Position numbers and translations under genes: made by a program. A DNA stretch of 64,000 bases from Rozella allomycis CSF55 (Eukaryota): positions 62,001-126,000 of the forward strand of contig KE561117.1 of assembly GCA_000442015.1 (NCBI GenBank), written 5' to 3'. Below the pieces are notes generated by a model. It saw only the letters and a list, made by a program, of their open reading frames with translations. It had not been told where the DNA came from and ran no database searches. Positions 37,806 through 52,167 of the stretch are shown piece by piece. Every line of letters starts with the position of its first letter. Positions within the stretch are counted from its first letter, which is position 1.

Positions 37806-39971
37806 TTAATTTTCCATAGTGTAGTGCTTCAAGCTGCTATAAGTAGAAGACCAAACTTTGCGCAAAATATCTACTCTTAGCCGCCCTTCATTGTAAATGT
37901 AAGATGCTTCATTGTCAATGGTGCTATTATTTATCCTTAAGGATTTATTCCATGAAACTTCAGATTCTCTTAAATACACCATATCTTGATTCGTGGGGTA
38001 AATTTCTAAATAAAAATGGTCACCTTAATTACCTTCTGGCTTCATTTTAAGCTCTTCTATGTATAAAATTGTTTTATCCACTGATTCTGCAAAATCCCAA
38101 TCATCAACCTCATCTTCGTTGCCACACCATTTTCCTGTGGTAGGATCAAATATCATGTCGTCAATCTTTTCTGGATTTTTCTGCCCTAAGCGCTGTATCT
38201 GTCCCACGTGATGACCGTTGTTAAGTTGATTAAAAACATTTTTATCATTTTCATTCCCCACCCAATTCATATTTGTCTTATCGTAAACCATTTCACAATC
38301 CCCTATTTAACATTATGAAATGTTAATACCTCTAAAATTGATATTTTCACTCTTGTTTAAAGGAATCACCTTTTTCATTGATGTGGTTCTCTTGCCGCGC
38401 TTAAATTTCTCCTTTTCTATTGGATGAACAAAACTTGAAACTCTTTGCCGGCGTAAATCATGCGTCTCTTCCTTGTTAAGTACGGTGTTCTGGACCAAAA
38501 CGGTTTCAGGTTTCATTTGACATTCAAATATCTTTTCTGCTTCCAGGTCTACTTTTAAATCTTCAATTTCATCAAGCTCATTTCCATCAAATTCTTCTTT
38601 CAACTCTTTTAGCTCTAATTTATCGGATTTTATTTCAAAATCGCCCACAACGGCATGAACACTTAAAGTTCGAATTCTTTCCAACGAATGAGGCAAGTTT
38701 CCATTTGGCTTCGGGTACTTAAAACCATATACTGGCTTATTCTGCCTAACAATACCTTCAGGGGGTAGCTCAAGATCTGCTTCGAAACCATTACATTCCT
38801 CATCTATTTTTTCGACTTCGTTCTTTTTTTGAAGTTTCAGATTAAATTCAACTTCTCCGTCTAGTATTAATCCACTCGAATCATCAGATATTTCAAGGCA
38901 ATCTTCAACGTCATCAACAATAACCTTAGAGTCCTCAGCATTTTCCGTACTCCGAGGAGAAGTCATTGCAAAACTTTTTAAAGTGAGAGTTGACGCATTT
39001 TGATTATCTTGTACATTTTTCACCTTCAATTTGGTATTTAATGCGTCGGCACAAATGTTGTTGCTTGTCAAGTCGAAATCATCGCCATAATCTTCATGGG
39101 CCTTATAAATTACGCTAGGTGAAGAATCCAAAATATTCTCATTTTTGGTAGTATCCAATTGAAACTCTTTCTTCATTATGCTCACTTCTTTCGTGGCGCT
39201 CTGGAAATAAAAATCCAAGCATTTCTTAGGATTGGTAACTTTATTAGAGAAAGTGTCATCACATGAAACAGACTCATTTCCATTCCCGAACAAGACGTGA
39301 TGAGGAAACTCATCGGGGACTTCCAAATCAGACCAAAATGAGCTTTCGTTTTGAGCATTAACGGGAATGAGATTCTCAGCAACTATTTCGTTTTCCTTGT
39401 CATTATTAAAATTCAAGTTGTGAACCAAGGGATGGTCTTTTGGGTCCATGTTGATCTCTGATAGCATTGTCTCATCAGGACTGAAAAAATACACTTTTCT
39501 CTTTGGTGAATTCAATCCTTCAATTTCCAAAGGCTTTCTTTTTTCACAAACCGGAGAATCCATAACAAAAGGTTCTACTAGATTTCCAGATGTAGGGAGA
39601 ATGCTTATATGTGAAGTATTGGCGTCTTGGCAGTCAAATATTCTTGCGTTATCTGGTTCTTGCTCTTCAAAAAACGTTTCAGTTTTTGATTTTTTCTTTT
39701 CTTCTGATCCTGGTGTCAGTAGTTTGTTTGAAATTCTAAATGGTGAAATTGGCCTTGTTTCGCGCTTAGTTTTAGATGAATAACCGCTTTGTACTTTACT
39801 TTCTTTAATTCTGTGATTTCTTTTGGACTTGTTTGACTTTCTTTTTCGTTTACACGTCTAATAATGATAAAGCAGTTGGATTACTGTATGGGCCCCTGTC
39901 ACATAGCCTATTGTGAAGCATATCGTAGCAATTAAGCTTAATTCAACGGATGCACTTGAATTGTCAGTCAT
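37806..39971 (-). CDS. Byr4/Bfa1-like septation/mitotic-exit GAP scaffold
   Basis: Long acidic low-complexity region followed by two imperfect repeats, MVYDKTNMNWVGNE and MIFDPTTGKWCGNE; three introns. Confidence 0.6.
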
Positions 39972-40105
39972 TTTCGACTGTTTGAAATTGGGCGCCAAAG
40001 GTTTGTTTACAAACAATGCGTGTCAAGTATTTTAGCATAAATTTGAACTTTATTTTTTTATTTTAATGTTTTTTATATAGCTCATGATTCAAATGTGTGG
40101 CTTTG

Positions 40106-41969
40106 ATGATTGTCCGAGTCTATTTGACATCTGTAGCTTTAAAGCTATTGGCAATACCGTCATATTTTTCGACTGATTTTGAAGTTCATCGGCACTGGCT
40201 AGCGTTAACTTCTACTTTACCTTGGACGCAATGGTATACAGATGTAAAAACGTTTAAATGCATTTAAATAGAAATCCTCGGAATGGACAATGGATTATCC
40301 GCCATTTTTTGCATGGTTTGAATATATCCTTGGAAAGCTGTGTCAATTTTCTTTCTGCATCAAGAATCAATGGGGGAATAGTTTGACAGAGATTCAAAAC
40401 ATTACACCGATTTACAATCAATCTGTTTCATTTGATGGTTTTGTTTGGAATGAATGGTATAGAAATTCGGTGAACATTTTAAAACATAATGTCAATGTTT
40501 GTTTTACTCATAATGGGCTAGAGAAGAATGGTCCTCAATTCATGAATCTTTCAGCTCTAAATAATAGCGATTGGGATGGAATAATATTTCAAAGAATGAG
40601 TGTTATATTTACTGATGTATTTTTAATCTATTCCATTTGGCATCTTCAAAAGTCATTAGGAACTCACACAAGGAAGAATATACTACCTGCGTTTATTTTA
40701 CTTTCGCCTGGTCTTTTCTTTCTTGATAGTATTTAATTTCATTTGAGTTTACAAGACATTCACTTTCAGTATAACGGATTTTTGTTCTCTTTCTTTTTCA
40801 TGTCGTTGAGTTTTATAATTAGAGTAAGTCATGAAAGAAAAGTCAAACAGAAAAACTATTTGGCTTCGGCGTTGTATTATTTAATCCTTGTTAATTTAAA
40901 ACACATTTTTCTCTACCTTGCGCCTGCTTATGGGATCCTATATTTAAGGGCGTACGTTAGTAATGATTCCAAATAACAATAATAGGAATTCCTTCAATAT
41001 CGAGTATTTCATTTATTTTTAAAAGTTTTTCATTCTACAAGCTTCTATTTCTGACTTTAAGCATTTTTGGCGTTTCTTTGGGCCCGTTTGCTTATCATGG
41101 CCTGTTGAGTAAAGTCCTTGAAAGGTTGTTTCCATTTGGAAGGGGTATAACGCATGCTTACTGGGCTCCTAATTTTTGGGCTTTATATTTAACTGTAGAT
41201 AGAGCTTTCGGCTTCTATTACAATGTTCAAACAAGTTCGGTCACAAGAGGATTAGTTGGTGACGTTAAAATGAATCTATTGCCAGAGATTTCACCTTTTG
41301 TGACATTTTTGTTAACGCTCTTGTTTCAAATGGTATTAAATTCAAACGTTAATGTTGTAGCCCACTTTACATGGACTATGGAAACATCCAAATGAAAATG
41401 AAGCTCTAAAGGCAATAATGATGTCAGGATTCTCTTCTTTTATGTTTGGTTGGCATGTTCATGAAAAGGCCATTTTAATTGTCTTGTTTACTGCAAGGTA
41501 TAAATATTCTCTCGATTATAGCTAGCGTTCTGTATGTTAATACCGAAGGAACAAAGTTTGTCTCGAAATTCCGCCTATTAACTTTATGCGCATATTATTC
41601 GCTATTTCCACTTCTATTTAAACCTTTTGGTAGAAATTCTTTTAGTGATCATTTAAGAAATGTACATTAAAGTCCTTTGCCTCTCCTGCTTTTGGATTTG
41701 GCTTAACAGAAAATTGATTATTCAGTAATCGAAAACCTCAATGCATCATTAGGAACTGCAACAATATTGTAGACAAATTACTCTGTTTCGGATTTTTGCC
41801 CTTGTTTTTGTTCACGGAGTTAATAAGACCTGCATTTTTACCTTCTTTTGAATTTCTCTCATTAATGTTGACATCCTGTTATTGTGCATTCGTTAATGTC
41901 TACCTTTTCATTACACTCACTATTCAATTCAAAGAAAAAATCATCATTGAAAAAGAAAAATATTTATAA
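40106..41969 (+). CDS. ALG8: Dolichyl-P-Glc alpha-1,3-glucosyltransferase
   Basis: [68 protein letters not shown]-terminal KEKYL (KxKxx ER retrieval). Confidence 0.92.
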
Positions 41970-41993
41970 AAATGCAATTCTATTTATTTTACA

Positions 41994-42842
41994 TTAATTG
42001 TTATCCGATTGAGGCATTGAATTCTTAAATAGATCTTCAATCATTTGTGTCGTTTGCGAATCTATCGGTGACATTATCTGCATTCCTACAATGTTTAAAA
42101 ATTACTGTATCTTCCGTCAGTTTCTTAATTTTATTAATGATGGGCGCGGATGAATTAGTGACGGGGGCTTTCAAAGAGGGAGGTCGTCGTATTGAACTGG
42201 ATCCATCTATATTTTACTCAATAAGAAGATATACCAGGCGGTGAAAACTCGGCTATAACACTTTCATTGTCATATTTTCCATTTATCGCCCTATATCTTT
42301 TGTGACAAAAGGTTGTTTACCTTGTATAAACTTCTAATTCATTAGTGGGCCACATCTCAATCGTGACCTTTTTGATTAAAAATTACAATTAATACCTTTA
42401 ATTTACAATTAATTTTAGAATCATTTAACAACATATGCCGGACTCTATCGTCCTTTAATCCAGCAAATTCAGTCACGTCAATCACCAAAGTTCCAATCAC
42501 TTCCTTTTCCCTTCCGTTTTCTAATTTCATTTTCCCATAAATACATAGATTTACCCGCTTTACCCTTAAACACAAATAATATGGAGAAAGAACTCGCTCG
42601 CTGTCTGTACTGACGTTAATAACACTGGAATTTTCATAGTTCCATATTGTACTATGCTGTTTAACAGGTACACTAATTATTTTGACATCAAAGCGGTACT
42701 GTTCAGTAGATCCTGAATATTTCTTGGTCCACTTAGATTTCCTCAAATCCCATTTTACATAAAATAAACCGTGAATAAAAGGCAGGTTTGTAATCTCTAT
42801 AATTCGAAAACGCAGTTGAAAGTTGATCTTGCTTTTAAGCAT
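41994..42842 (-). CDS. NT-C2 domain protein (EEIG1/FAM102-like)
   Basis: FQLRFRIIEITNLPFIHGLFYVKW..W..IGTLVIDVTEFA..LLNDSKINCKLKVTI; five introns, one probably GT-TG (42528-42554). Confidence 0.8.
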
Positions 42843-42924
42843 CGGGGTATTCTCACTAAGCCTCAAGATTGATGTAAAACAGAATAGCTGAAATGAAGGT
42901 TTTAAATTTATACTATATTATTTA

Positions 42925-44852
<1,928 letters not shown>

Positions 44853-44978
44853 AGAAAGATTAAATAATTCCGGTGTGGTTGTCAAGTGGCCGACATGCAC
44901 ATACAACGATACAGGTAGCGTTCTCTTAAAAAATAGTTAATCTGATGCATGATGTGATGTCGTAAAGCATGATAGTTT

Positions 44979-45415
44979 TTATTTAATGGAAACCTTAACT
45001 TTTGAAGTTTCACTTTTCCAAGTCTCTCCCGCATATGATGCATAAATATAAGTAATGCCTGTTGAAACAAGAAACATGCTCCCACAAACTCACAAAAATA
45101 TCACTTTAAATTTACTTGAAGGAGCCTGAAACATACCTGGCACTGCCAGAAGTATGTAAAAAATACCACGAATATATAATTGTGAAAAAACACTTCCTAA
45201 TCTATATAATAAAGGCAAGGGATAATCAAAAAGTGCCACAATGACGCCAATTACAATAGATACAATACCCAAATACATCCTTGGATAGAAACAACCTATT
45301 ATTCCTCCCGCTATGAGGCCTTTTTAACAAAAACACTATAAATACTAAAACTTGTTGTTAATCCTTGATATCGGGCCCATATTCTCCACACCTCGGTGCC
45401 ACCTGAATCGGACAT
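44979..45415 (-). CDS. CYBA: p22phox (cytochrome b558 alpha/NoxD)-like NADPH oxidase subunit
   Basis: Spliced: MSDSGGTEVWRIWARYQGLTTSFSLIAGGIIG..YLGIVSIVIGVIVALFDYP..YIRGIFYILLAVP..TYIYASYAGETW, matching the p22phox W..WA..Q, GGI, EYP, Y.R, GE.W pattern; two 27-nt introns. Confidence 0.75.
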
Positions 45416-45442
45416 ATTCTGATATATGAGAAATTTCGGATC

Positions 45443-46069
45443 ATGATAGAAACACACGGAATTGAATCACTGGCCCAATTATTGGCCGTAAAAGATAAAC
45501 GAAGCGAAAATTCAAATACCTTAATAGATGTAATTGTTTGTCATTTTGACGATAGAATATTGATTTAAATCCTGCAACTGTCGTTAGGAAAAACAAGCCT
45601 ATATTGAGAGAATTGAAAAAAGAAGCGGTGAAAACTAAAGATATTTGGCTCGAAGAAGAACTTGACGACGTTTCCACCGATTACCTTGATCCTCGTCCCG
45701 CCCCAGAGTACTATTTTCCTTTTTAAAAAAGGTTAGATACGTAATGCATTATCGGCAAAAGCTGGGAACGGAGGATACTTTTCTAAATTTGAATGGGAAA
45801 ACAAATTCCATAACTATGAATTCCGATGAGATTGTTGTTGAGATCCATTTGCCAAAAGCAAAAAAAGACCTAATTGAACTAAATATTAAAGAAGAAAGCC
45901 TCGATGTAAGATCACCATATAAGTACGTCACTTTTGTGTTATTTATTACAGTCGATTGTTCATACCCCTTCCAAAGAAGGTGAAATCCAATGATGGGAAA
46001 GCGGAATGGGACGGCAAATCTGAAAAACTTATAATACAACTACCTGTAAACTACCAATTTGATTTTTGA
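45443..46069 (+). CDS. DNAAF6: Dynein axonemal assembly factor 6 (PIH1D3)
   Basis: KDIWLEEE..DPRPAPEYVMHYRQKLGTEDTFL..IVVEIHLP..LDVRSP..LP..V..GKAEWD; three introns. Confidence 0.85.
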
Positions 46070-46244
46070 ATATGATGTAATAATGAATAAAGTAAATTCT
46101 GAATTGAAAGTACCGTATGTGAATTATAAATACATCCCCAGAATCAGAGTTTATAAAACAATACTCTTTTATTCTATTCGGGGTATCAAAACTTTTTTCA
46201 GTAAAGTTTCAGTCCCCCTCCCTCGATATTCAGAAATTTCCTTG

Positions 46245-46770
46245 ATGGCAAAAGGTATGTTTTGATCAGCAAGTATAGTAGTCCCGAGAAATTTTAGACT
46301 TTTAGAGGAATTGGAAAAAGGAGAAAAAGGGATTGGTGATGGTACAATAAGTTACGGGCTTGCGAACAGCGACGACATGATGATGAGAGACTGGAATGGT
46401 ACTATTATTGGGCCTCAAATGGTAACTTTGTTTTCTTATTTTAAGAGACTGTTCACGAGTTTAGGATATATAGTTTGAAAATACTGTGTGGGGATAATTA
46501 TCCCGATGCACCACCAGAAATCTCGTTTATTTCAAAAATTAATCTTAATTGTGTTAATCAAACAACTGGAAAAGTATTGATTTTAAATATATATAATGAG
46601 GTCGAAAGCAGTAAACTACAGTGCTTGAAAGAATGGAAAAGGTCCTATACAATTGAAACTGTATTGACTGAATTGAAAAAGTAGAATGATTTTTTAATTA
46701 TTTCTTTAGAGAAATGTCATCGCCATCAAATAGAAAGCTAGTGCAACCTGCAGAAGGTACAACATTTTAA
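46245..46770 (+). CDS. MMS2: Ubiquitin-conjugating enzyme variant
   Basis: [50 protein letters not shown]; four introns. Confidence 0.95.
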
Positions 46771-47005
46771 ACATAAATTCAATTTCATTAACATATGACT
46801 TTATTAATTTGGGCCAGTAGTGGTGCAGTAGCAGCTGTTAAATTTTGCTTCTTTAGTTTGGCATTTTTTAACTTCTGTTTTAGATCAGTCATTATACCAG
46901 ACGTTGCTGTGCTCAATCCACCCTTACAAGTTTAAAATTTAAATCAATTAATTTTGAATATCTAAAACTTTTAATCTGGCAAGACTTTAGCACTATGTTT
47001 GAGTA

Positions 47006-49547
47006 ATGGTTGTCATGAACCTTCAAAATACCATAGTGTATGTGCTTAACGCGTTTTTTGATTTCTTTTTGTCCGAAAAAATTGAAATACATTATTCAGA
47101 TTGTGCAGATTCACAAAAGGATACCTTTAATGAGATTGAAACCTATATCTCATTTTTACAAAAATCTTTGGAAGCATCAATAGTTCACATTCATGGTACG
47201 ATAAAGATATGGAAAGAAAGTTTTATTGATTCTTCGAAGACGTATATGCGTTTTTACAATATTCCATCATCCTCTTTTGAAATGCTTCCAGGACACCACG
47301 GCACTTTTGAAATTGAGGACAATTTGCTGATTAAAACTCAAGAAGCAATTGACGTATGGATGAAAATTTTGAGTGAGAATGATAAAAAAGGTATAGGAGC
47401 AGCCAATACTATGACCAGCGAAAACGACGATAACTATGAAAACGAAAACAGTTTGTATTCCGATAATAAAGATAAGAATGATGAAAATGAAAAAAGTTTA
47501 AAACATCAAGAGAATTATGAAAGTGATGCGCACGTGAAGGAACAACCTATTAATTTGTCGTCTGATGATGATAAGCAATGCGTCCATTTAGATACTAGCT
47601 CCGAGATTTTATCATCTGTAATTAAACCATTAAATAACTTTTCTGTAAACTCTAGAGGGAAATCAAAGTCCACGAATAGTATATTCCAAAACGAATTACA
47701 TCCTGATCATAATCAGATGCGATCTATGTCAGCAATAAATCATTCCAAGAGTTTTGAATGTTTTCCTATTAATTCACCACACAAAATCCCTGCTGTAAAT
47801 ACAACATCACAAACATTCCAGGGACCGATAGAAAAAGTAGAAGGTCATGAAAAGAGCTTTTATAGTGCAAATAAACCAATAGAAGGTGTATCGTGTGATA
47901 ATTCCATTCTCATTGGAAGTATATTCTCAGATATGGGCTCTAAATCTACGGAAGTGAATTCATCTGATTTTGACCGCATTAATATATCAGTAGCTTTGAA
48001 TATGGAACAACAAGAATTTTTAGAGGACTTGAAAATCAATAAAAACTCAAAGGAAAGTCTCCAAATTGTAGAAATGAATCAATTTGAGAGAAAAAGGTCG
48101 TTGTCCGTATCTGTTTCTGATCCTACGTTGGGGACAAAGTTTTCAAAGATAGATTCAACTGATTCAATTCTGATTTCTAGCGAATCGGATAGTCTTGATT
48201 CAATGGATGAATTTATCGACGCGAACTTTTATGCGATAGAAGATAATTTTCACGACCGAATAATAATCAAAGAAAATAAACTAAAAGGAGGGACATTATT
48301 GGGGTTGGTCCAAGTCTTGGTTGAAAATCTATTTGATTCTAAAACCGTTGTTTTGTGCACATATGAACAGATAACAACTTCAAGTACGCTATTCGAACTA
48401 TTGATTTATCGGTATGAAAATTTTTAAATATTTACAGTTACTATGCACCAACAATGAGAGAGATTGAGCATTCATCTACTGACTACAAAGAAAAGATAGC
48501 ACTTGTTCTTAAAGATTGGATAACAGATTACAGTGAAAGTTTATGTAACGAGGCCGCATTAATAAAAAAACTTAAATCTTTTACCGAAAATGTGATGCTA
48601 AAGTACGACAATCTAATTATTAGCAACACAATTTTATCATGCCTGGAAAAAATACAAGTACCAATGCATAAATATTATTATTAGAATAACAAACGCTCTT
48701 CAGCTACTCTTTGTAAAAAGATTCTAGAGATATCTACACTAAAAGGCCCCGAAGAAGCAGTTTTTGGAAAAGTTGACAAAATAAGCTTACATGAATGGGC
48801 TAAGCAATGGACATTAATGTCATTTGAACTATTTAGCAATATTTCAAGAATTGAGTTGATGCTACAAAGCCGTTCAAACAAAAATTCAGCTGAAAATATA
48901 ACATCAATGGTTAAAGTATTTAACAAGATGAGTGGATTTCTTGCCAAAGCACTTTTGAAAAGAAAAGCTCTGAAAGACAGAGTGAAATTTATCAATACTT
49001 TAATTAGTCTATGTGAAGTAATTATTTCATCTAATGAAAAAAGATTTTGCATTCTTTAAGAAATTATGACGCAATAATGTGTATCGTAGGTGTTTTCCAA
49101 AATGCCACAATAGCTAGACTCAAAGATACTTGGAAAACTCTTCCCCCAAAACAACACCAACGACTAAATTTTTATGTGTCGTTAATGAGTCCTAAAGGGA
49201 ATTATAAGCTATATAGAGAAGATTTAAAACGAAGCGCGGGTCCGTTGGTTCCATACATTGGTAAACTCTGTAAATGTAATTATTAAGGATTATATTTGAC
49301 CGATTTGACGTTTGTTGAAGATGGAAATCCAAAATTCCTTGATACGGAAAAGAAGATCTATAATTTTGAAAAACTGGCGCTACAAGCAAAATTAATATTT
49401 GAAATCAGAGAATACCAGTCGAAAGTATTTGACTTACAGACAAATGATGCCGTTCAAGATTGGATTTTTAAGGCTGTGTCCGTGGAGATAACAAAAGATG
49501 AGTTAATGATTCTTAGTGAAAGTATTCAACCACGAAAAATAAAATAA
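47006..49547 (+). CDS. RasGEF (REM + CDC25) paralog B
   Basis: LKGGTLLGLVQVLVE, LKDWITDY, LRNYDAIMCI, PLVPYIGLYLTDLTFVEDGNP..YNFEK; shares four intron positions with paralog A. Confidence 0.85.
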
Positions 49548-49570
49548 TTCTTAGGTTTTCGTTTTATTTG

Positions 49571-50582
49571 TTAAAATTTAAAGACCTGGTCTGTCATTTT
49601 TGAGACAACATTGGGCTTTTCAAAGCCTACCTCTTCGCAAATGGAACACATTGCTTTTATCATAGGAGGTGGGCCACATAATAGAATCTTGCACTTTGAT
49701 GAAGGCTTAGGTAGATTTTGCCTTATCATATCTGCGGAAACAAATCCAGTGCCATACTTCCAGTTTTCTGGGGGCTATTTTGAAAAGAGAATAAAATAAC
49801 CTTGTTCAGAACGTAGTAAACTTTAAAATTGTTAAATTTAGATTGTAAATCATCCAGTTCTTTCCTCAACAAGATGTCTTCCTCTGACACATTGGCAAAT
49901 ATAAGGGATATTTTAGTTCTATCGGTTCCATTGCTCAAAATGTACTGAATTATCTATCTCGGCATCAAATATTTTATACTTGATACATCGGAGTAATACC
50001 AGATCCACCAGCGATCCTCATTATTAAATCGATTAGATCTTACATTCCGAGTTCATCAACCATATTCTGAGCGTACTCAAAATTACCCTTTGGCCCTGAT
50101 ATTTCAAGATAATCACCAACCTTTAATTCTGAAAACACTTTTGAAAGGTTTCCGTTTGGATATGTCTATCAATACGTTTTCAAACGACGTACTTTCACAA
50201 GAAGTTTTAAAATTCCAATATCGTCGTTAGAACTTATTGGGGTGTAACTTCTGGTAATAACTTTTTCGTCTACCGTAGTTCGTGCTGATATATGCTAAAA
50301 TTGATTGAAAAAATACCTTACCTTTCCTATTGGCAAACCAAGGCTTTGATCAGGGGATGGAAGTGAAAAGGTGTAACTAAAATTTGAGTCTAGACTAAAA
50401 AGATTACATGGCGGTATTATGAGATAAAACCTGCTTATCCTTGAGTGGTAATTTAAACCATTCATTTGGCCGAAGTAAGACTGTAAAAATGTATTTTTAC
50501 TCATACCTTTTTGTTCCATTCTCTTGAGATAATTGTATGCCGCGTACACAACAACTCCTAATGGAATAAGGTAAACAAACAT
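49571..50582 (-). CDS. CBR1: NADH-cytochrome b5 reductase
   Basis: N-terminal anchor, LGLPIGKHI, RSYTPIS, GPKG, MIAGGSGITPMYQ, CGPPPM; seven introns. Confidence 0.9.
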
Positions 50583-50681
50583 GACAATGTCAAGGAGGAA
50601 ATTTCAAGGTCTTCTTTTGAAATGATTTAACTCCTTCGAATCAAGCGATTACAAAGTTAAATGCAATTTATTATAATAGTC

Positions 50682-51542
50682 TTAAAACTTAACATCTGCT
50701 AAAGCATCCGCCACTTCTTGTGTCTTGTTCACAGCGCCTGGTGTCATCGGCTTCTTAGGCAGCTCCTTAAGGGGTTCGAATAATGAAATTCCTGGAAAAT
50801 TAATAGTAGTTCCTTTAAATCCCAGATCTGACGAAGAAAAGCGTCGATTAGAACCAATGGGTGCAAGGTTAGGTGGTGGTCTTGCCACAGATACTACAGA
50901 GCGGCGACTTTCATTCTCACTTCGCATTACCGATATGAATCTCCCGTTTGGTCCATTTTCAGTGGCATGACAAAGCCCCATATCTTCGGCCAGCTGCATA
51001 ACTTCAATCCTCTCAACTCTTGACAGTGATGATGACAGAGCAATGCTTGAGATAAGATCGTTGTTTTGCAAAACCTTCATTGCCGCTTGAATAGAATCTA
51101 GTCTCGATTCAATTGGGGCCGCAGAAACCAAATTCGGTTTCAAATGCGCTACCGTTTGCTTGTCTTCGGGTGTATTTATTGGGACTTTTTTTGGCTCCAC
51201 TTTAATCTTGCGACCTTGAATTTCATATCCCTGAAGTTTTTCCAATACTATTGCGGCATGGACAGGGTCGGTGAAATTTGCAAATGCTAAACCTCTGAAG
51301 TTTCCTTCTCCATCAGTATGATAATTCAATGCAAATGGCTTCGGCAAATTGAGTTCATCGAATACTCCCAATAACGTGTCACGTTCAACAGCGAAAGGTA
51401 CATTTTTGATAACAAGGGCACTAATTGATATTAAGTCACCTGTTGCATGATCGATTTTGCAGTCAGACAACTTGATTCTTGATGGTCTTCGGTTAGTCAA
51501 TTCATTGGGAGAAGATACCTTTTTGTTGACAACGTTATCCAT
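50682..51542 (-). CDS. RRM + R3H RNA-binding protein (Pin4/Cip2-like)
   Basis: ALVIKNVPF..PFALNYH..FRGLAFANF..GRKIKVE, then LSRVERIEVMQLAEDMGLCH; intronless. Confidence 0.8.
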   Translation of the reverse strand: MDNVVNKKVSSPNELTNRRPSRIKLSDCKIDHATGDLISISALVIKNVPFAVERDTLLGVFDELNLPKPFALNYHTDGEGNFRGLAFANFTDPVHAAIVLEKLQGYEIQGRKIKVEPKKVPINTPEDKQTVAHLKPNLVSAAPIESRLDSIQAAMKVLQNNDLISSIALSSSLSRVERIEVMQLAEDMGLCHATENGPNGRFISVMRSENESRRSVVSVARPPPNLAPIGSNRRFSSSDLGFKGTTINFPGISLFEPLKELPKKPMTPGAVNKTQEVADALADVKF

Positions 51543-51765
51543 GTTTGATATGATAAGGGGTATTTGTGCCGTTTTTATCGTGATCTGCGTCCAATAAAAT
51601 TTGTTTGTTACTAAAAAATAACATTACATCCTATTTTTAGGTGTCTAATTATATGCACTTAGACGTAATTATGAATTTTTCATTTCCTTTAAATATATTG
51701 TTCTTTTAACTTTAAGTGATCCTTTTGAAAGAATTTTTGTTGACAAAAAATTCATTTAATATTGA

Positions 51766-52138
51766 ATGGCTCAGCAGGGCGCGTTCTTGCAAACTTGCAA
51801 TAACGAATTAGTCCGATGTATTCCATTACGGGTTCATAAAATTAGGTTTAGAATTTCTAAAGGAAAAGAATTCAATACTTTCCAAAGAAATACAATGCCA
51901 AGAAAAAGAATATAGAACTCTATGTGATCAGCTGGAAAAACTTCAAAATGAAATTAATCAAATAAAACATTCACTCGAAAAGAAAAAAGAAATCAAGATT
52001 AAAGTTGAAAATGCTATTCAAGAATCGGAGAAGGCATATTCAAAGGTAATTGTTTGGCAATCAACAGTTAAACAGATTTTACAAACGTCGCAGTCATTAT
52101 TGGATGTATTAAAGAAAGAAACTTCTTCGTTAGTTTAG
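51766..52138 (+). CDS. SSNA1: SSNA1/DIP13 centriolar microtubule-associated coiled-coil protein
   Basis: MAQQGAFLQTCNNELVRCLE..IQESEKAYSKILQTSQSLLDVLKKE; two introns; absent from the ORF track. Confidence 0.9.
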
Positions 52139-52167
52139 ATAGAACGTTAGAAACTAAGGAATAAAGT

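Noticed and set aside
46790-46925. Short minus-strand coding-like stretch or possible tRNA between MMS2 and RasGEF B
   Set aside because: No cloverleaf or T-loop motif and no convincing start or splice model
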